Shown here piece by piece: positions 37,601 to 48,565 of a DNA stretch of 64,000 nt. How positions within the stretch are numbered: position 1 is the stretch's first letter; each line of letters begins with the position of its first letter. The stretch comes from Ignavibacteria bacterium. GTDB taxonomy: Bacteria > Bacteroidota > Ignavibacteria > Tepidaquicellales > OLB5. The notes under the pieces are model-generated. The model made no database searches and had not been told where the DNA came from. It saw only the letters and a list, made by a program, of their open reading frames with translations. Location: contig JADZAP010000031.1 in the NCBI GenBank assembly GCA_020852705.1, forward strand, positions 65,050 to 129,049, given 5' to 3'. Both the position numbers and the translations under genes were made by a program.

Positions 37601-38477
37601 AGATGTTTCAAATGACTGGACAACTTCAAAGAAACAACAGTCACTCCTTCAGCATTTATACAGAAATTTTAAATCAAGGTTAAGCGATGTTGAAGAAAGA
37701 ACAAAACGCAACAAGAATAAGATCATATTAGGGGATGAACTTCCAACCGGTGTTGTAAAAATGGCAAAGGTTTACATTGCAAAAAAGAAAAAACTTTCTG
37801 TTGGTGATAAAATGGCAGGACGTCACGGGAACAAAGGTGTTGTAGCTAAAATTGTTCCTATGCAGGATATGCCGTTTCTTCCAGACGGAACACCTGTCGA
37901 TATAGTTCTAAACCCTCTTGGTGTTCCTTCTCGTATGAATATAGGACAGTTGTATGAAACAGCATTAGGCTGGGCAGCAACAAAATTAGGATGTACATTT
38001 GCTACACCGGTATTTGACGGAGCTTCATTTGAAGATATCACTGATATTCTGGTTCAATCAGGGCTGCCAAGCAACTCGAGAAGTATATTATATGACGGAC
38101 AAACAGGCGATCAGTTTGATCAGATGGTAACAGTGGGCTACATTTATATGATGAAACTTTCACATTTATCGGATGATAAGATACATGCCAGATCAATTGG
38201 ACCATATTCTCTAATAACTCAGCAGCCATTAGGCGGAAAAGCCCAGTTTGGCGGACAAAGATTCGGAGAGATGGAAGTTTGGGCACTTGAAGGTTATGGT
38301 GCAGCATATACTTTACAAGAAATTCTTACTGTAAAGAGTGACGATGTAACAGGAAGATCAAAAACCTATGAAACATTGATTAAAGGAGAAAACACTCCGG
38401 AACCTCAAGTCCCCGAATCATTTAATGTTTTAGTAAAAGAACTCCAGGGCTTATGCCTTGATATTTCATTAGACTAA
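34689..38477 (+). CDS. rpoB: DNA-directed RNA polymerase subunit beta
   Basis: 1262 aa. Unmistakable RpoB motifs (e.g. NMQRQAVPL, GDKMAGRHGNKGV, GGQRFGEMEVWALE). Confidence 0.98.
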   Translation: MPIDISKFKFNGERIFLSKSGKQPDTPDLLQVQLEAFKDFLQEDVAPNERKDTGMQGVFKRNFPISDSRDTALLEFLEYYLEKPQYSIRECQEQGLTYAVSLKAKLRLSTKPNKEAKEYNTSVEQDVYMGNIPYMSPYGSFVINGAERVIVSQLHRAPGVVFSESTHQNGTKLYSARIIPMKGSWVEFTTDINNCLFAYIDRRKKFPVTTILRALGYSTNEEILDLFGLLEVVEKKDLKNHIGKQLSDDLIDKETGELIAEKAAEIDDELLEKISKSSISKIKLFKSDRPYEESLIANTLNKDAAQSEIDALEQISEQLRPDQDDESAKNLVDKLFFNEKKYDLGEVGRYKLNYKLHLDIPSDKTVLTKEDIISIINYLVDLEAGRREIDDIDHLGNRRVRSIGEQLAAQFNVGLARMSRTIRERMSIHDEENITPGNLVSARTITTALVSFFGTSQLSQYMDQTNPLSEMTHKRRVSALGPGGLTRERAGFEVRDVHYTHYGRLCPIETPEGPNIGLISSLCTHARISDFGFIETPYRKVKNGKVLNEIDYLSAEKEDDFTIAQVISDLDGNKITESKINARFKGDFPIVNPEEVQYMDIAPNQIVSAAAALIPFLEHDDANRALMGSNMQRQAVPLLRPATPLVGTGFEKKVANDSRTLILAEADGVIEHVSADKIVVKYDIDKNSDEALLSFDDEEVKEYNLIKFLRTNQDTSINQKPIVNVGQRVKKGECLADGAATDKGELALGRSVLVAFMPWRGYNFEDAIVISERIVAEDIFTSVHIEEYNLQVRDTKRGEEELTRDIPNVSEEATKDLDEDGIIRIGAEVKENDILIGKVTPKGETEPTPEEKLLRAIFGDKAGDVKDASMKAPPGMKGIIINKKLFTRKQRDTETKKEEKKKLDKLEQDRYDSINELNRKLAEKLGQMFDNKESLGIRNIDGTIIIRSGTALKKDTFVKHLENPNFRIDTLDVSNDWTTSKKQQSLLQHLYRNFKSRLSDVEERTKRNKNKIILGDELPTGVVKMAKVYIAKKKKLSVGDKMAGRHGNKGVVAKIVPMQDMPFLPDGTPVDIVLNPLGVPSRMNIGQLYETALGWAATKLGCTFATPVFDGASFEDITDILVQSGLPSNSRSILYDGQTGDQFDQMVTVGYIYMMKLSHLSDDKIHARSIGPYSLITQQPLGGKAQFGGQRFGEMEVWALEGYGAAYTLQEILTVKSDDVTGRSKTYETLIKGENTPEPQVPESFNVLVKELQGLCLDISLD

Positions 38478-38495
38478 TTAAAATCATAAATAAAT

Positions 38496-41400
38496 ATGTT
38501 TTTTAAAAGAGATCAGAAAAAAGTAAAAAAGGTATTCACAAAAATAGGAATAAACCTGGCATCGACAGATTCGATCATCAGGAACTCCCATGGTGAAGTT
38601 TTAAAACCAGAAACAATAAATTACAGAACATTTAAACCGGATAAAGATGGTTTATTCTGTGAAAAGATATTCGGACCGGTTAAAGATTGGGAATGTCATT
38701 GCGGAAAATACAAAGGAATTAGATATCACGGTATAGTTTGCGATAGATGCGGAGTAGAAGTAAATTTAAAAAGCTTAAGACGAGAGAGGATGGGTCACAT
38801 TTCCTTAAGTGTGCCTGTAGTACATATTTGGTATTTCCGTTCAACCCCGAGTAAGATAAGTTATCTTTTAGGCTTAACAAACAAAGAGCTTGAAAGAATT
38901 ATTTATTATGAAAATTATGTAGTGGTTAATCCTGGTCCAACTCAATATTCAAAGAATGATCTTCTGACAGAAGATGAATACTTAAATGCATTCAACAATC
39001 TTCCGGATGAGCATGAAGAACTGGATGATTTTGACCCAAATAAATTTGTATGTAAAAACGGTGCAGAAGCAGTAAAAGAACTTCTGAGAAGAGTTGAAGT
39101 TGAAGAAGATATAAGCCGGCTGAGAATTCAGCTTTATGAAGAAACATCTGTTCAGAAAAAACAGGATCTGATAAAAAGATTAAGAGTGCTTAAATCCTTC
39201 AAGAAAAAAGAAGGCAGAAGACTAAATAAACCAGAATGGATGATATTAGATGTTATCCCTGTAATACCACCTGAATTAAGGCCATTAGTTCCGTTAGAAG
39301 GCGGAAGATTTGCAACATCAGATCTAAATGACCTGTACAGGAGAGTTATTATAAGAAATAACCGCTTAAAAAGATTAATAGATATTAAGGCACCTGAAGT
39401 TATATTAAGAAATGAAAAACGAATGCTTCAAGAGGCAGTTGATGCATTACTTGATAACTCAAGAAGAGCAACAGCTGTAAAATCAGAGAACAGACCATTA
39501 AAGTCACTTTCTGATATTCTTAAAGGCAAACAGGGAAGGTTTAGACAGAATCTTTTAGGAAAAAGAGTAGATTATTCCGGTCGCGCAGTAATTGTAGTTG
39601 GACCAGAACTAAAGCTTCATGAATGCGGTATTCCAAAGGATATGGCACTTGAATTGTTTAAGCCATTTGTGATAAGAAGACTTATAGACAGAGATCTTGT
39701 AAAAACTGTAAAAAGTGCAAAAAAACTAATCGAGAGGCGTACACCGGAGGTATGGGAGGTTCTTGAGAACGTAATAGAAGGACATCCTATTATGCTAAAC
39801 AGAGCCCCTACCCTGCACCGATTAAGTATTCAGGCATTTCAGCCGTTACTTGTAGAAGGAAAGGCAATACGTTTACATCCTTTAGTATGTACAGCATTCA
39901 ATGCTGACTTTGACGGAGATCAAATGGCAGTGCATGTGCCGCTTTCGCCTGAAGCACAGCTTGAAGTAAGGGTGCTTATGCTTTCAAGCCATAATTTAAT
40001 GTCACCCCAAAATGGTGATCCTATTACTGTTCCCAATCAGGAAATAGTACTTGGCTGTTATTATCTGACAAAATTTAAAAAAGGTGATATTGGTGAAGAC
40101 AAACTATTTACCAGCCCTGAAGAAGTTGTAATAGCACATAATAACGGTAAGGTTGGACTTCATGCAAAGATAAAAGTTCGTATTAACGGAGAATTAATTG
40201 AAACAACTGTAGGCAGAGTAATATTTAATGCAATTGTTCCCAAAGGTGCACCTTTTATTAATGAACTATTAACGAAAAAAGGAATCATAAAAAATATTGC
40301 TAAGGTTTTTAAGAGCGTTGGCAACAAAAAGACTGTAGAGTTTCTTGATGCCCTAAAGGAAACAGGTTTCCGTTACGCAATGAAAGGCGGATTATCAGTA
40401 AATCTTGATGATATTGTTGTGCCAAACAGCAAGGGCAGAATAATTGAAAATGCACAAAAAAGAGTAGATGCAATTGAAAAATCAAGAATGCGGGGGCTTA
40501 TTACCGAAGGTGAAAGATATAATAAAGTAATAGATATATGGACACATGCAACCAATGATGTTAAGAGTGAACTAATGAGTGAACTTCGTTCTTCAAGAAA
40601 CGGATTCAACTCACTTCATATGATGATAGATTCAGGTGCAAGAGGTTCACAAGATCAGGTAAGTCAGTTGGCAGGTATGAGAGGACTAATGGCAAAACCT
40701 CAGAAGAGTATGACAGGCCAAGCCGGAGAAATTATTGAAAACCCAATTATTGCGAATTTTAAAGAAGGTCTTTCAATTTTAGAATACTTTATATCAACAC
40801 ACGGAGCACGTAAAGGACTTGCAGATACTGCATTAAAAACAGCTGATGCAGGATACTTAACACGTAAACTTGTTGATGTATCTCAGGATGTTATAATATC
40901 AGAACTTGACTGTGGAACAATAAGAGGATTAACAGTTGAAGCATTGAAAGACGGAGAAGATATAAAAGAGCCTTTATCTGAGAGAATACTGGGACGTGCA
41001 ACATTACAGAATGTAGTTGATCCATTAACACGGAAAACTATAGTAAAAGCCGGTGAAATTATTGATGAAGATCTTGCTCAGCAAATTGCCGGTACCTCTA
41101 TTCAAACAATAGAAATACGTTCTGTATTGACATGTGAATCAAGAAAAGGTATTTGTGCTAAATGTTACGGCAGAAACCTAACAACCGGTAAAATTGTGGA
41201 TGTTGGAGAAGCTGTTGGAGTAATTGCTGCTCAATCAATCGGCGAACCCGGTACCCAGCTTACATTGCGTACATTCCACATAGGAGGTACAGCAAGCAGG
41301 ATTGTAACTCAATCAAGGATACCAACAAAGTTTGCGGGTAAAGTAAAATTTGAAGGTATTAAATCTATTAAATATTCAAATCCTGCTTCAACCGAAGGTG

Positions 41401-42779
41401 AATATTATATTACACACAGCCGAAACGGTGTAATTCAGATACTAGACGAAGACAACAGACTAGTATCCAAATATGACGTTCCTTATGGCGCTCACCTTAT
41501 GGTTAAGGATAATGAACCAATAGAGAAGAATCAGGTACTTTATGAGTGGGATCCGTATAATTCTGTAATTGTAGCAGAACATACAGGAACAATCAGGTAC
41601 GCAGATTTAAAAGAAAATGTCAGTTATGCAGAAGCTCCTGACGAAACAACAGGTCATATCCAGAAAGTTGTAATTGAATCAAAAGATAAGACGTTAAGCC
41701 CGACATTACAGATTACTGATTCAAAAGGTGATCTTTTAAGTCAGTATATAATTCCGGCTCAAGCACACATGCTTGTAAATGATGGCGAGCAAATTTTTGC
41801 AGGACAAATATTAGTTAAAATACCAAGAGATACAGGTAAAACCCGTGATATTACAGGCGGTCTTCCAAGAGTTACAGAACTTTTTGAAGCAAGAAGTCCA
41901 AGTTCACCTTCAGTAGTAACTGAAATTGACGGATTTGTTGAAATTGGCTCGTTAAAAAGAGGTTCACGCGAAGTTAAAGTTAAAACTGCTGATATGGAAA
42001 CTGAAAGAAAATATATGATCCCGGTTGGGAAACATATACTTGTTAGAGATGCTGACTACGTTAAAGCAGGCGAAGCTCTCTCAAGCGGTTCTGTTGACCC
42101 GCACGATATTCTGCGTATAAAAGGTGTTGGAGACGTACAGGCATATCTTGTAAATGAAATACAGGAAGTTTACCGAATGCAGGGTGTAAAAATAAATGAC
42201 AAGCATATTGAGGTTATAGTAAGGCAAATGCTTCAGAAAGTTCGTGTTGTTGACTCGGGTGATACAATGTTCCTTGAAGGTGATGTAGTTCACAGATTCA
42301 AATTCCTTACTGAAAATGAAACATTAAGGAACAAAATTATTGTAACTGATAAAGGAGACAGCAGTAAAGTAAAAATGTATGATATGATGGATAAAAAGAA
42401 GATTAAAGAGCTGAATTCAGAGCTAAAGAAAAAAGGCAAAACACTTATCGAGTTCCGTGAAGCAAATCCTGCAATAGCAAATCCGATATTGCTTGGTATA
42501 ACACAAACATCACTAACTACCGATAGCTTTATTTCAGCGGCATCATTCCAGGAAACAACTAAGGTACTTACTGATGCAGCAATTGAAGGTAAGGTTGATT
42601 CACTTTTAGGTTTGAAGGAAAATGTGATAGTAGGTCAATTGATTCCTGCAGGAACAGGTTTAAAAGCATATAAAGATTTGTTAGTAACAAGCAAGGATGG
42701 AGAAGAACAAGCTGAAGAGAAACCAAAGAAGAAAAAAGCTACAAAGAAAAAGTCTAAAGAAACAGCAGATGCTGATTAA
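38496..42779 (+). CDS. rpoC: DNA-directed RNA polymerase subunit beta'
   Basis: 1427 aa. Zn finger CHCGKY...CDRCGVE, catalytic [12 protein letters not shown] and bridge-helix/trigger-loop regions. Confidence 0.98.
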   Translation: MFFKRDQKKVKKVFTKIGINLASTDSIIRNSHGEVLKPETINYRTFKPDKDGLFCEKIFGPVKDWECHCGKYKGIRYHGIVCDRCGVEVNLKSLRRERMGHISLSVPVVHIWYFRSTPSKISYLLGLTNKELERIIYYENYVVVNPGPTQYSKNDLLTEDEYLNAFNNLPDEHEELDDFDPNKFVCKNGAEAVKELLRRVEVEEDISRLRIQLYEETSVQKKQDLIKRLRVLKSFKKKEGRRLNKPEWMILDVIPVIPPELRPLVPLEGGRFATSDLNDLYRRVIIRNNRLKRLIDIKAPEVILRNEKRMLQEAVDALLDNSRRATAVKSENRPLKSLSDILKGKQGRFRQNLLGKRVDYSGRAVIVVGPELKLHECGIPKDMALELFKPFVIRRLIDRDLVKTVKSAKKLIERRTPEVWEVLENVIEGHPIMLNRAPTLHRLSIQAFQPLLVEGKAIRLHPLVCTAFNADFDGDQMAVHVPLSPEAQLEVRVLMLSSHNLMSPQNGDPITVPNQEIVLGCYYLTKFKKGDIGEDKLFTSPEEVVIAHNNGKVGLHAKIKVRINGELIETTVGRVIFNAIVPKGAPFINELLTKKGIIKNIAKVFKSVGNKKTVEFLDALKETGFRYAMKGGLSVNLDDIVVPNSKGRIIENAQKRVDAIEKSRMRGLITEGERYNKVIDIWTHATNDVKSELMSELRSSRNGFNSLHMMIDSGARGSQDQVSQLAGMRGLMAKPQKSMTGQAGEIIENPIIANFKEGLSILEYFISTHGARKGLADTALKTADAGYLTRKLVDVSQDVIISELDCGTIRGLTVEALKDGEDIKEPLSERILGRATLQNVVDPLTRKTIVKAGEIIDEDLAQQIAGTSIQTIEIRSVLTCESRKGICAKCYGRNLTTGKIVDVGEAVGVIAAQSIGEPGTQLTLRTFHIGGTASRIVTQSRIPTKFAGKVKFEGIKSIKYSNPASTEGEYYITHSRNGVIQILDEDNRLVSKYDVPYGAHLMVKDNEPIEKNQVLYEWDPYNSVIVAEHTGTIRYADLKENVSYAEAPDETTGHIQKVVIESKDKTLSPTLQITDSKGDLLSQYIIPAQAHMLVNDGEQIFAGQILVKIPRDTGKTRDITGGLPRVTELFEARSPSSPSVVTEIDGFVEIGSLKRGSREVKVKTADMETERKYMIPVGKHILVRDADYVKAGEALSSGSVDPHDILRIKGVGDVQAYLVNEIQEVYRMQGVKINDKHIEVIVRQMLQKVRVVDSGDTMFLEGDVVHRFKFLTENETLRNKIIVTDKGDSSKVKMYDMMDKKKIKELNSELKKKGKTLIEFREANPAIANPILLGITQTSLTTDSFISAASFQETTKVLTDAAIEGKVDSLLGLKENVIVGQLIPAGTGLKAYKDLLVTSKDGEEQAEEKPKKKKATKKKSKETADAD

Positions 42780-42804
42780 ATCTGAAACTATAGATTAACA
42801 AAAA

Positions 42805-42831
42805 CCCCGGGTTTATAACCGGGGTTTTTTA
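42805..42831 (+). terminator. rho-independent terminator of rpoBC
   Basis: ccccgg-gtttataa-ccgggg followed by T7. Confidence 0.85.
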
Positions 42832-43007
42832 TTTTATAGTTGACATAATAATTTTATCTATCCTTTTCGTTTAAATATTCATATTATTACGTATGTAACA
42901 ATTCTCCATTTAGTTAATTACCCAATACTATAATATTATCAATATTTTATATAAGATTTTAATCATTTTATCATTTTATCATTCTTACCTTTTAAATAAA
43001 TTAGTAA

Positions 43008-44312
43008 ATGAAATTTAAGAATATAAATGAATATTTTAACTGGCTTTTTAAGTTAGAAAGATTCGGAATGAAATATAATCTTTCTAATATTACAAAATTT
43101 TGCAAAGCATTAGGCAATCCTCAAAAACAATTCCGTTCAATTCATATTGCAGGTACAAACGGCAAAGGTGCAACCGCATCATATATTTCTTCAATACTGC
43201 AGGAGCATGGTTACAAAACAGGGATATTTACCTCACCGCATATAATTAGATATAATGAAAGAATAAGATTAAACAATAAATGTATTCCGGATAGCTATAT
43301 AAAAGAATTTCTAAATGAGAATTTTTATCTTATCCGGAGAATTAAACCTTCGTTTTTTGAAGTAAATACAGCAATGGCATTTAAGTATTTTGCTGATTGC
43401 AAAATTGATGCAGCCGTAATTGAGTGCGGGTTAGGAGGCAGATTAGATTCAACCAATATTTTAGAACCGGATGTAATTGTTATTACCCAAATTGGAATAG
43501 ACCATACAAAATGGCTTGGCAACACTATTAACAAAATAGCTGCAGAAAAACTGGGCATTGTTAAACCGGAGGTAAATATTGTAGTTAGTGATTCAAATAT
43601 TAAATTAAAAAAATTATTTAAACATAAAATTAATTTAAATTATTTATATTATCTTAATGATATTTGTAAAATAAAGAATGTTGAATTTATTAAAGGAGGT
43701 ATTAAATTTGAAATTTACCGGAAAAATGATAATTCAATAAAGTTATTTACTCCCCTGCCTGCTGTTTACCAATGCAGAAATGCAGCTGCCGCCTATTATG
43801 CCGCAAAATTATTTTTGCAATTGAGCAGCGAAAAACTGAATTTAAAAAGTTTAAAAAATGGTGTTAAGAATGTAAAAGTTAATACAGGATATTTTGGAAG
43901 AGTTGAATTTCTAAATCATGGGAGAATTCAATACATGTTTGATATATCACACAATCCTGATGGGATTAAAAATTCTATTAAGGCAATTAATAAGAATGGA
44001 TTTAAACCTGATGCTGTTATTTTTGGTATTATGGAAGATAAAGATCATTTAGAAGCATTGAAAATAATAACTAAATTCGTTAAGAATATTATATTGACTA
44101 AACCAAAATACAGCAGAGCTCAAGAGCCGGGTGTATTATATACAGCCGGTTTAAAAATAGAGCCAAAAATAAATTACATGCTTTCTGAAAATGTAAAGGA
44201 TGCATTAGTAATAGCCAGAAATGCAGGATATTTTAAAATTGCTGTAATGGGATCATTTTTTATGGTATCAGATGCTTTACAGGTATTGGGGTATAAAAAA
44301 CTTCCTAATTAG
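43008..44312 (+). CDS. folC: bifunctional folylpolyglutamate synthase / dihydrofolate synthase
   Basis: 434 aa. HIAGTNGKGAT P-loop and Mur-ligase family layout. Confidence 0.88.
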   Translation: MKFKNINEYFNWLFKLERFGMKYNLSNITKFCKALGNPQKQFRSIHIAGTNGKGATASYISSILQEHGYKTGIFTSPHIIRYNERIRLNNKCIPDSYIKEFLNENFYLIRRIKPSFFEVNTAMAFKYFADCKIDAAVIECGLGGRLDSTNILEPDVIVITQIGIDHTKWLGNTINKIAAEKLGIVKPEVNIVVSDSNIKLKKLFKHKINLNYLYYLNDICKIKNVEFIKGGIKFEIYRKNDNSIKLFTPLPAVYQCRNAAAAYYAAKLFLQLSSEKLNLKSLKNGVKNVKVNTGYFGRVEFLNHGRIQYMFDISHNPDGIKNSIKAINKNGFKPDAVIFGIMEDKDHLEALKIITKFVKNIILTKPKYSRAQEPGVLYTAGLKIEPKINYMLSENVKDALVIARNAGYFKIAVMGSFFMVSDALQVLGYKKLPN

Positions 44313-44326
44313 CCTTGTGAAAATAA

Positions 44327-44800
44327 TTATTCTTTAAAAGGTTTTTCTTTTTTATTATCCTTTTGATACTGCTTAAGAAGTTTTTTAACTTCATTATTGA
44401 ATTTTCTTTCAAAAACAATCATTTTAGCAATCTGCTGTGATGTTAATATTGATTTCATATCTAAAACAAAAGATTCCCTTTTTTCACTTATTTGCTGTTC
44501 ATAATCAAGCAATTGCGAAACTATTGTATCAAGGCCGTTTCCGCTTTCTAAATTTTCATTCATAAGCTTATAGGTTCTAGCTCTTTTTTTATTCAGCTCA
44601 CGCATTTCTGAAGAAAATGCTTTATATTTATCAATGAAAGTGTTTTTTGTATTTTCATCAAGCTCAAGCTTTTTGGTAAGTTTATCAAGTTTAATTTCCT
44701 GAAGTTTTTCACGAAAATCATCCTGAGAGAATGTTCTGCCTGAATATATTAAAATCACCGCAGAAATAATTAATATAAATTTATAAATTTTTTTCATCAA
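44327..44800 (-). CDS. periplasmic helical protein (possibly Spy/CpxP-like), last gene of the ECF sigma operon
   Basis: 157 aa. Signal peptide, predicted coiled/helical K/E-rich sequence. Position downstream of the sigma/anti-sigma pair. Confidence 0.35.
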   Translation of the reverse strand: MMKKIYKFILIISAVILIYSGRTFSQDDFREKLQEIKLDKLTKKLELDENTKNTFIDKYKAFSSEMRELNKKRARTYKLMNENLESGNGLDTIVSQLLDYEQQISEKRESFVLDMKSILTSQQIAKMIVFERKFNNEVKKLLKQYQKDNKKEKPFKE

Positions 44801-44817
44801 TCTAAACTTTACGTTAT

Positions 44818-45603
44818 TTATAGATTAACTTCTTTTAATTCATTTAAAAGTTCATACTGCTCTTTGTTATTCAGTTTCGAAAGCTCATTTTCGGTATCTT
44901 CATCAAGCCCGGCTGACTCACCGTTAAAAATTGATTCAGATTCCAGATCAATATCATCTGCTAGCTGGTCATTATTTGTAATATCCGGAGATTGAATCTC
45001 TTCATCCTGAACAGATTTATCTTCTTTTAAAATATTCTCATTGTTTTTTGGCAAATATTTCTTTACCATTTTATTATTTTGCTGTTTAAACTGTTTATTT
45101 TCTTTATTTCCAATTTTATTTGTTTTTTTATCATCTTGCGCTAATTCTTCCTTTTCATTATTAATTGTCTTTTTATATAATTCAGCTGAATCATTTTGAA
45201 TTTTCTCAATTTTTTTCTCATCGGACTTTTTATCATCGGTAAGCTGTATATCAGATGGTTTAATAATATAATAAATAATAGCAATAAGAATTATTGCAGC
45301 AACAGGAAGTACTACTTTCCAAAGAGCAGAGAGTTTTTCCCATGAAAAACCATTCTCTTTCTTTTCTTCAATACGGTTATGGATTCTTGGCAGCAGTGAA
45401 TTCCAGTATTGCGGAGCCGGTTCTGAATGCTTAACTGATTGAGCAAAGTTTAAAGCACTTTTCATTTGGTTATAAAGTGCATTAAGCTCATCAGAATCCT
45501 TTAAAGCATTTTGGACCAAATTTTTATCAGAATTGCTGATATTGCCTGTAATATAATCAGGCAGCAGCATCATTATTTCTTCAATATTTATTTTGTTATT
45601 CAT
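44818..45603 (-). CDS. putative membrane-anchored anti-sigma factor
   Basis: Immediately downstream of the ECF sigma gene. N-terminal approx 70-aa cytoplasmic helical segment, single TM (VVLPVAAIILIAIIYYII), low-complexity K/N/E/D-rich periplasmic tail. Start chosen at ATG 45603 (GAGGT 6 nt upstream); the track start is 45621 (TTG). Confidence 0.5.
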   Translation of the reverse strand: MNNKINIEEIMMLLPDYITGNISNSDKNLVQNALKDSDELNALYNQMKSALNFAQSVKHSEPAPQYWNSLLPRIHNRIEEKKENGFSWEKLSALWKVVLPVAAIILIAIIYYIIKPSDIQLTDDKKSDEKKIEKIQNDSAELYKKTINNEKEELAQDDKKTNKIGNKENKQFKQQNNKMVKKYLPKNNENILKEDKSVQDEEIQSPDITNNDQLADDIDLESESIFNGESAGLDEDTENELSKLNNKEQYELLNELKEVNL

Positions 45604-45671
45604 TTTTAACCTCATCTCCAAACCTTCTATTTTTTGAAGATATGAGTATTTAGAATTATTTAAATCAATTT

Positions 45672-46241
45672 TTAAAAATCAATTTTATCTTTTACATACT
45701 CCCCTATTTTTTTTACTGCATGAAAGTAATTTGCCTTAATACCGCCTGTTGATTTACCAAGTATTTCGGCAATTTCATCATACGGAAGCTGATCATAATA
45801 TCTCATATTAAATACAGCTCTTTGTTGTGCAGGAAGTGTTTCAATGGCTTCATAGAGCAATTTTCTATTTGTATCTTCATCAATCTCTTCATCAGCAGTT
45901 TTTTCGGAAACAGTAATTTGTTCGGAAATCAATTCAACGCTTACAGTATTTTTAACCTTTACTTTTTTTAAATGATTTAGAGAATAATTAACTGCAATTC
46001 TGTATAACCAGGTAAATAAATTTGCTTCTTCTCTAAAATCTTTAATTGCAGTATGAACTTTAATAAATACTTCCTGCGTAATATCATCAGCCACATCGTG
46101 ATCTTGCACCATTTTTCTAATAACCCAATAAACCTGTTCCTGATATTTCCTTACAATTTCATTAAATCCTGTTATATCACCGGATTTAAACCGCTGAATT
46201 AATTCATTATCGTTCTTTTTGTTTACAATGTTCCCCGTCAT
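45672..46241 (-). CDS. ECF-type RNA polymerase sigma-70 family factor
   Basis: 189 aa. Region 2 (DDITQEVFIKVH...FREEANLFTWLYRIAVN) and region 4 (LPAQQRAVFNMRYYDQLPYDEIAEILGKSTGGIKANYFHAVKKI). Confidence 0.9.
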   Translation of the reverse strand: MTGNIVNKKNDNELIQRFKSGDITGFNEIVRKYQEQVYWVIRKMVQDHDVADDITQEVFIKVHTAIKDFREEANLFTWLYRIAVNYSLNHLKKVKVKNTVSVELISEQITVSEKTADEEIDEDTNRKLLYEAIETLPAQQRAVFNMRYYDQLPYDEIAEILGKSTGGIKANYFHAVKKIGEYVKDKIDF

Positions 46242-46504
46242 TTAGCGAGTCCGGTAAAATCTTAAAATCTATAAACTAATATTTATAAATAATTTACGAA
46301 ACTTCATTAATCTTTCCAGCTCGCTTAACCCTACTTTCCATATATAAGACAATTAGATAACTAAAAAGTTTAATGAAAATAATATATTTTATAAAACCTT
46401 AAAATTCCAAAAGATATGTTTTTCATTAAATAATAGCATTTCATTATGCATAAAAAAATGCTAAAATTGGAAACTATTGAAGCTGCAAATGCATTTAATC
46501 CTGT

Positions 46505-47554
46505 GTGGAATTGCCCATTAAACTCATAAAAATTGATAGTTTTTTAAAAGTTCCGGTAATTATTGTATCGGCTTTACTAATTGCTGCATTGATACTTGGC
46601 ATATACAAATTAAGTAATGTAGGGAATACAACAAGCATAGATGAGACTCTGCTGAAAAACAGTCAGATAGAGCCAAAATCTTCTAATCCAGAGGGGGTAA
46701 TTCCGCCAATTGAAACCGGAGCAGATAAAACGGAAAGAAGTTATCTGAAGGAAGCCAGTTTTAAAAATGCTATTAGCATTGAAAATGCTTTATATAACTG
46801 GCAAAACCTGTTTGATATTTTTACTTATAACATTAATGATAGTACCATAAATTCAAGTGACTCAATAGCACGATATGAAAATATGGTAAAGATAATACGC
46901 AACCCAAACCGTAAGCTGAGTAAAGGATCAAGTGATGAAATACTTGCCGAGTACGGAGATGTAATACTTGATGAATGCAAATACTATAATGTTGACTGGA
47001 GATTGATTCTTGCAATGATAAAGCAGGAATCTGCTTTCACATCAGATGCAGTTTCACATGCAGGTGCATACGGGTTTATGCAAATAATGCCGCGAACGGG
47101 GAGCATGCTGGAACAGACTTTAAATCTGGAAGATCACCGTTCACCTGAAAATAACCTGAAAGCCGGTATATATTATTTTGCAATGCTAACAGGCAGGTTT
47201 TACGGTACCGGCGATAGTAATTTATATCGCTTCGCATTGGCATCATATAATGCAGGTTCTGGACATATTGAAGACGCAATGAGTATGGCATATTACTTTA
47301 ATGAGGATTATAAAAACTGGGATGTTGTTAAAGAATACATGAAACTTCTTGCACCGGGTAATGATTCACTTCATAAGTTAGTATGGGGCACTCGCCCGCC
47401 TAACGGGATATTTGCAAACTGGAAAGAACCGTACTATTACGTTGAAAATATAATGTGGTATTGGCAGCAATACAAAAAACTATATCCACTACCAGAAGAT
47501 GACAAGAAAACGGGTAATAAAAAGAAAACCGGAAATAAAAAGAAAAATAAATAG
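46505..47554 (+). CDS. membrane-anchored lytic transglycosylase (SLT domain)
   Basis: 349 aa. N-terminal TM. SLT motifs IKQESAF (catalytic Glu), GFMQIMP and YNAGSGHI. GTG start is uncertain. Confidence 0.8.
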   Translation: MELPIKLIKIDSFLKVPVIIVSALLIAALILGIYKLSNVGNTTSIDETLLKNSQIEPKSSNPEGVIPPIETGADKTERSYLKEASFKNAISIENALYNWQNLFDIFTYNINDSTINSSDSIARYENMVKIIRNPNRKLSKGSSDEILAEYGDVILDECKYYNVDWRLILAMIKQESAFTSDAVSHAGAYGFMQIMPRTGSMLEQTLNLEDHRSPENNLKAGIYYFAMLTGRFYGTGDSNLYRFALASYNAGSGHIEDAMSMAYYFNEDYKNWDVVKEYMKLLAPGNDSLHKLVWGTRPPNGIFANWKEPYYYVENIMWYWQQYKKLYPLPEDDKKTGNKKKTGNKKKNK

Positions 47555-47584
47555 GTATGATGGAAATTAAGATTGATTTTATAT

Positions 47585-48499
47585 ATGCCGGCAAAATTTA
47601 AACTATTAATCATAATTATCAGTTTACCGCTTACAGTATACGCTCAAGATACAATTAATTTTAAGTTATTTGATTCACTTAAAACCAAGACTGAAGATTC
47701 CCATAAAAAGATAAATTTAGAAGATAGTACTAAGTCCGTTGCTATTTTCAAAAATTATAAGGAACCTGATAATATTGATATTCGTTTATTTAGATCTATA
47801 AACAATTCACGCTCACCTTTAAAAACAAAAATATTAAATACGTTTGATAACTCAATGCTTCCGGTATCATTAATTCTGCCTCCTTCATTATTTTTATATA
47901 GCAGAGCTAAGCAGCATACTTATGATGAAAATTCGGCATATTTAGCAATTACCTCAGAAATTACAAATTTTGCATTTACTTTTGGGTTAAAAACATTAAT
48001 TAAAAGAAAAAGACCAATCCAAGCATTGCAAAATGTCCATGGTAAACAAATTCCCAAATTTGATAAATATTCATTTCCATCAGGACACGCTAGCACATCA
48101 TTTTCAGTTGCAACAATGTTTGCATTGCGGTATCCCAATGAGCCGGCTGTATATTTACCGATGTTTGCGTGGTCATTGATAATTTCATACGGAAGACCTT
48201 ATTTTGGAATGCACTATCCAAGCGATGTTATTTCGGGGATGCTTATAGGTGCAGGATCATCTGTATTGATGTTTTCTTTGCGCAAAGAGTTATTGAAATT
48301 AAAAAATCAGGTTTTTAGCGAAGATAAATCTGATTCAGGTACAATCAAAAGCGGCGTAATAACATTTTTTGCGGGAGCTTTTGCAATAAGCGCTATAGTT
48401 GATAATTTTATATTTAAAGATAGTCCTGAAAAAAAGGTTTATATATCACCCTGGATAGGAAATAACGGCAGCGGATTAAACCTAAAATGGAAACCATAG
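47585..48499 (+). CDS. PAP2-family phosphatase (phosphatidic acid / undecaprenyl-PP phosphatase-like)
   Basis: Motifs KRKRP, PSGHAS and GRPYFGMHYPSD (KX6RP / PSGH / SRX5HX3D). Start moved to ATG 47585; the track start is 47573 (TTG). Confidence 0.8.
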   Translation: MPAKFKLLIIIISLPLTVYAQDTINFKLFDSLKTKTEDSHKKINLEDSTKSVAIFKNYKEPDNIDIRLFRSINNSRSPLKTKILNTFDNSMLPVSLILPPSLFLYSRAKQHTYDENSAYLAITSEITNFAFTFGLKTLIKRKRPIQALQNVHGKQIPKFDKYSFPSGHASTSFSVATMFALRYPNEPAVYLPMFAWSLIISYGRPYFGMHYPSDVISGMLIGAGSSVLMFSLRKELLKLKNQVFSEDKSDSGTIKSGVITFFAGAFAISAIVDNFIFKDSPEKKVYISPWIGNNGSGLNLKWKP

Positions 48500-48510
48500 A
48501 GCTTCCATTT
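48485..48510. terminator. possible bidirectional terminator hairpin between convergent PAP2 and DUF3108-like genes
   Basis: aaatggaa-accatagagc-ttccattt, 8-bp stem. The A/T runs are part of the stem. Overlaps the PAP2 stop codon. Confidence 0.35.
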
Positions 48511-48565
48511 TAGGTTTAACAGTTTAATTAAAACCGGTATAAAATTATTTTTATTATAATAATAT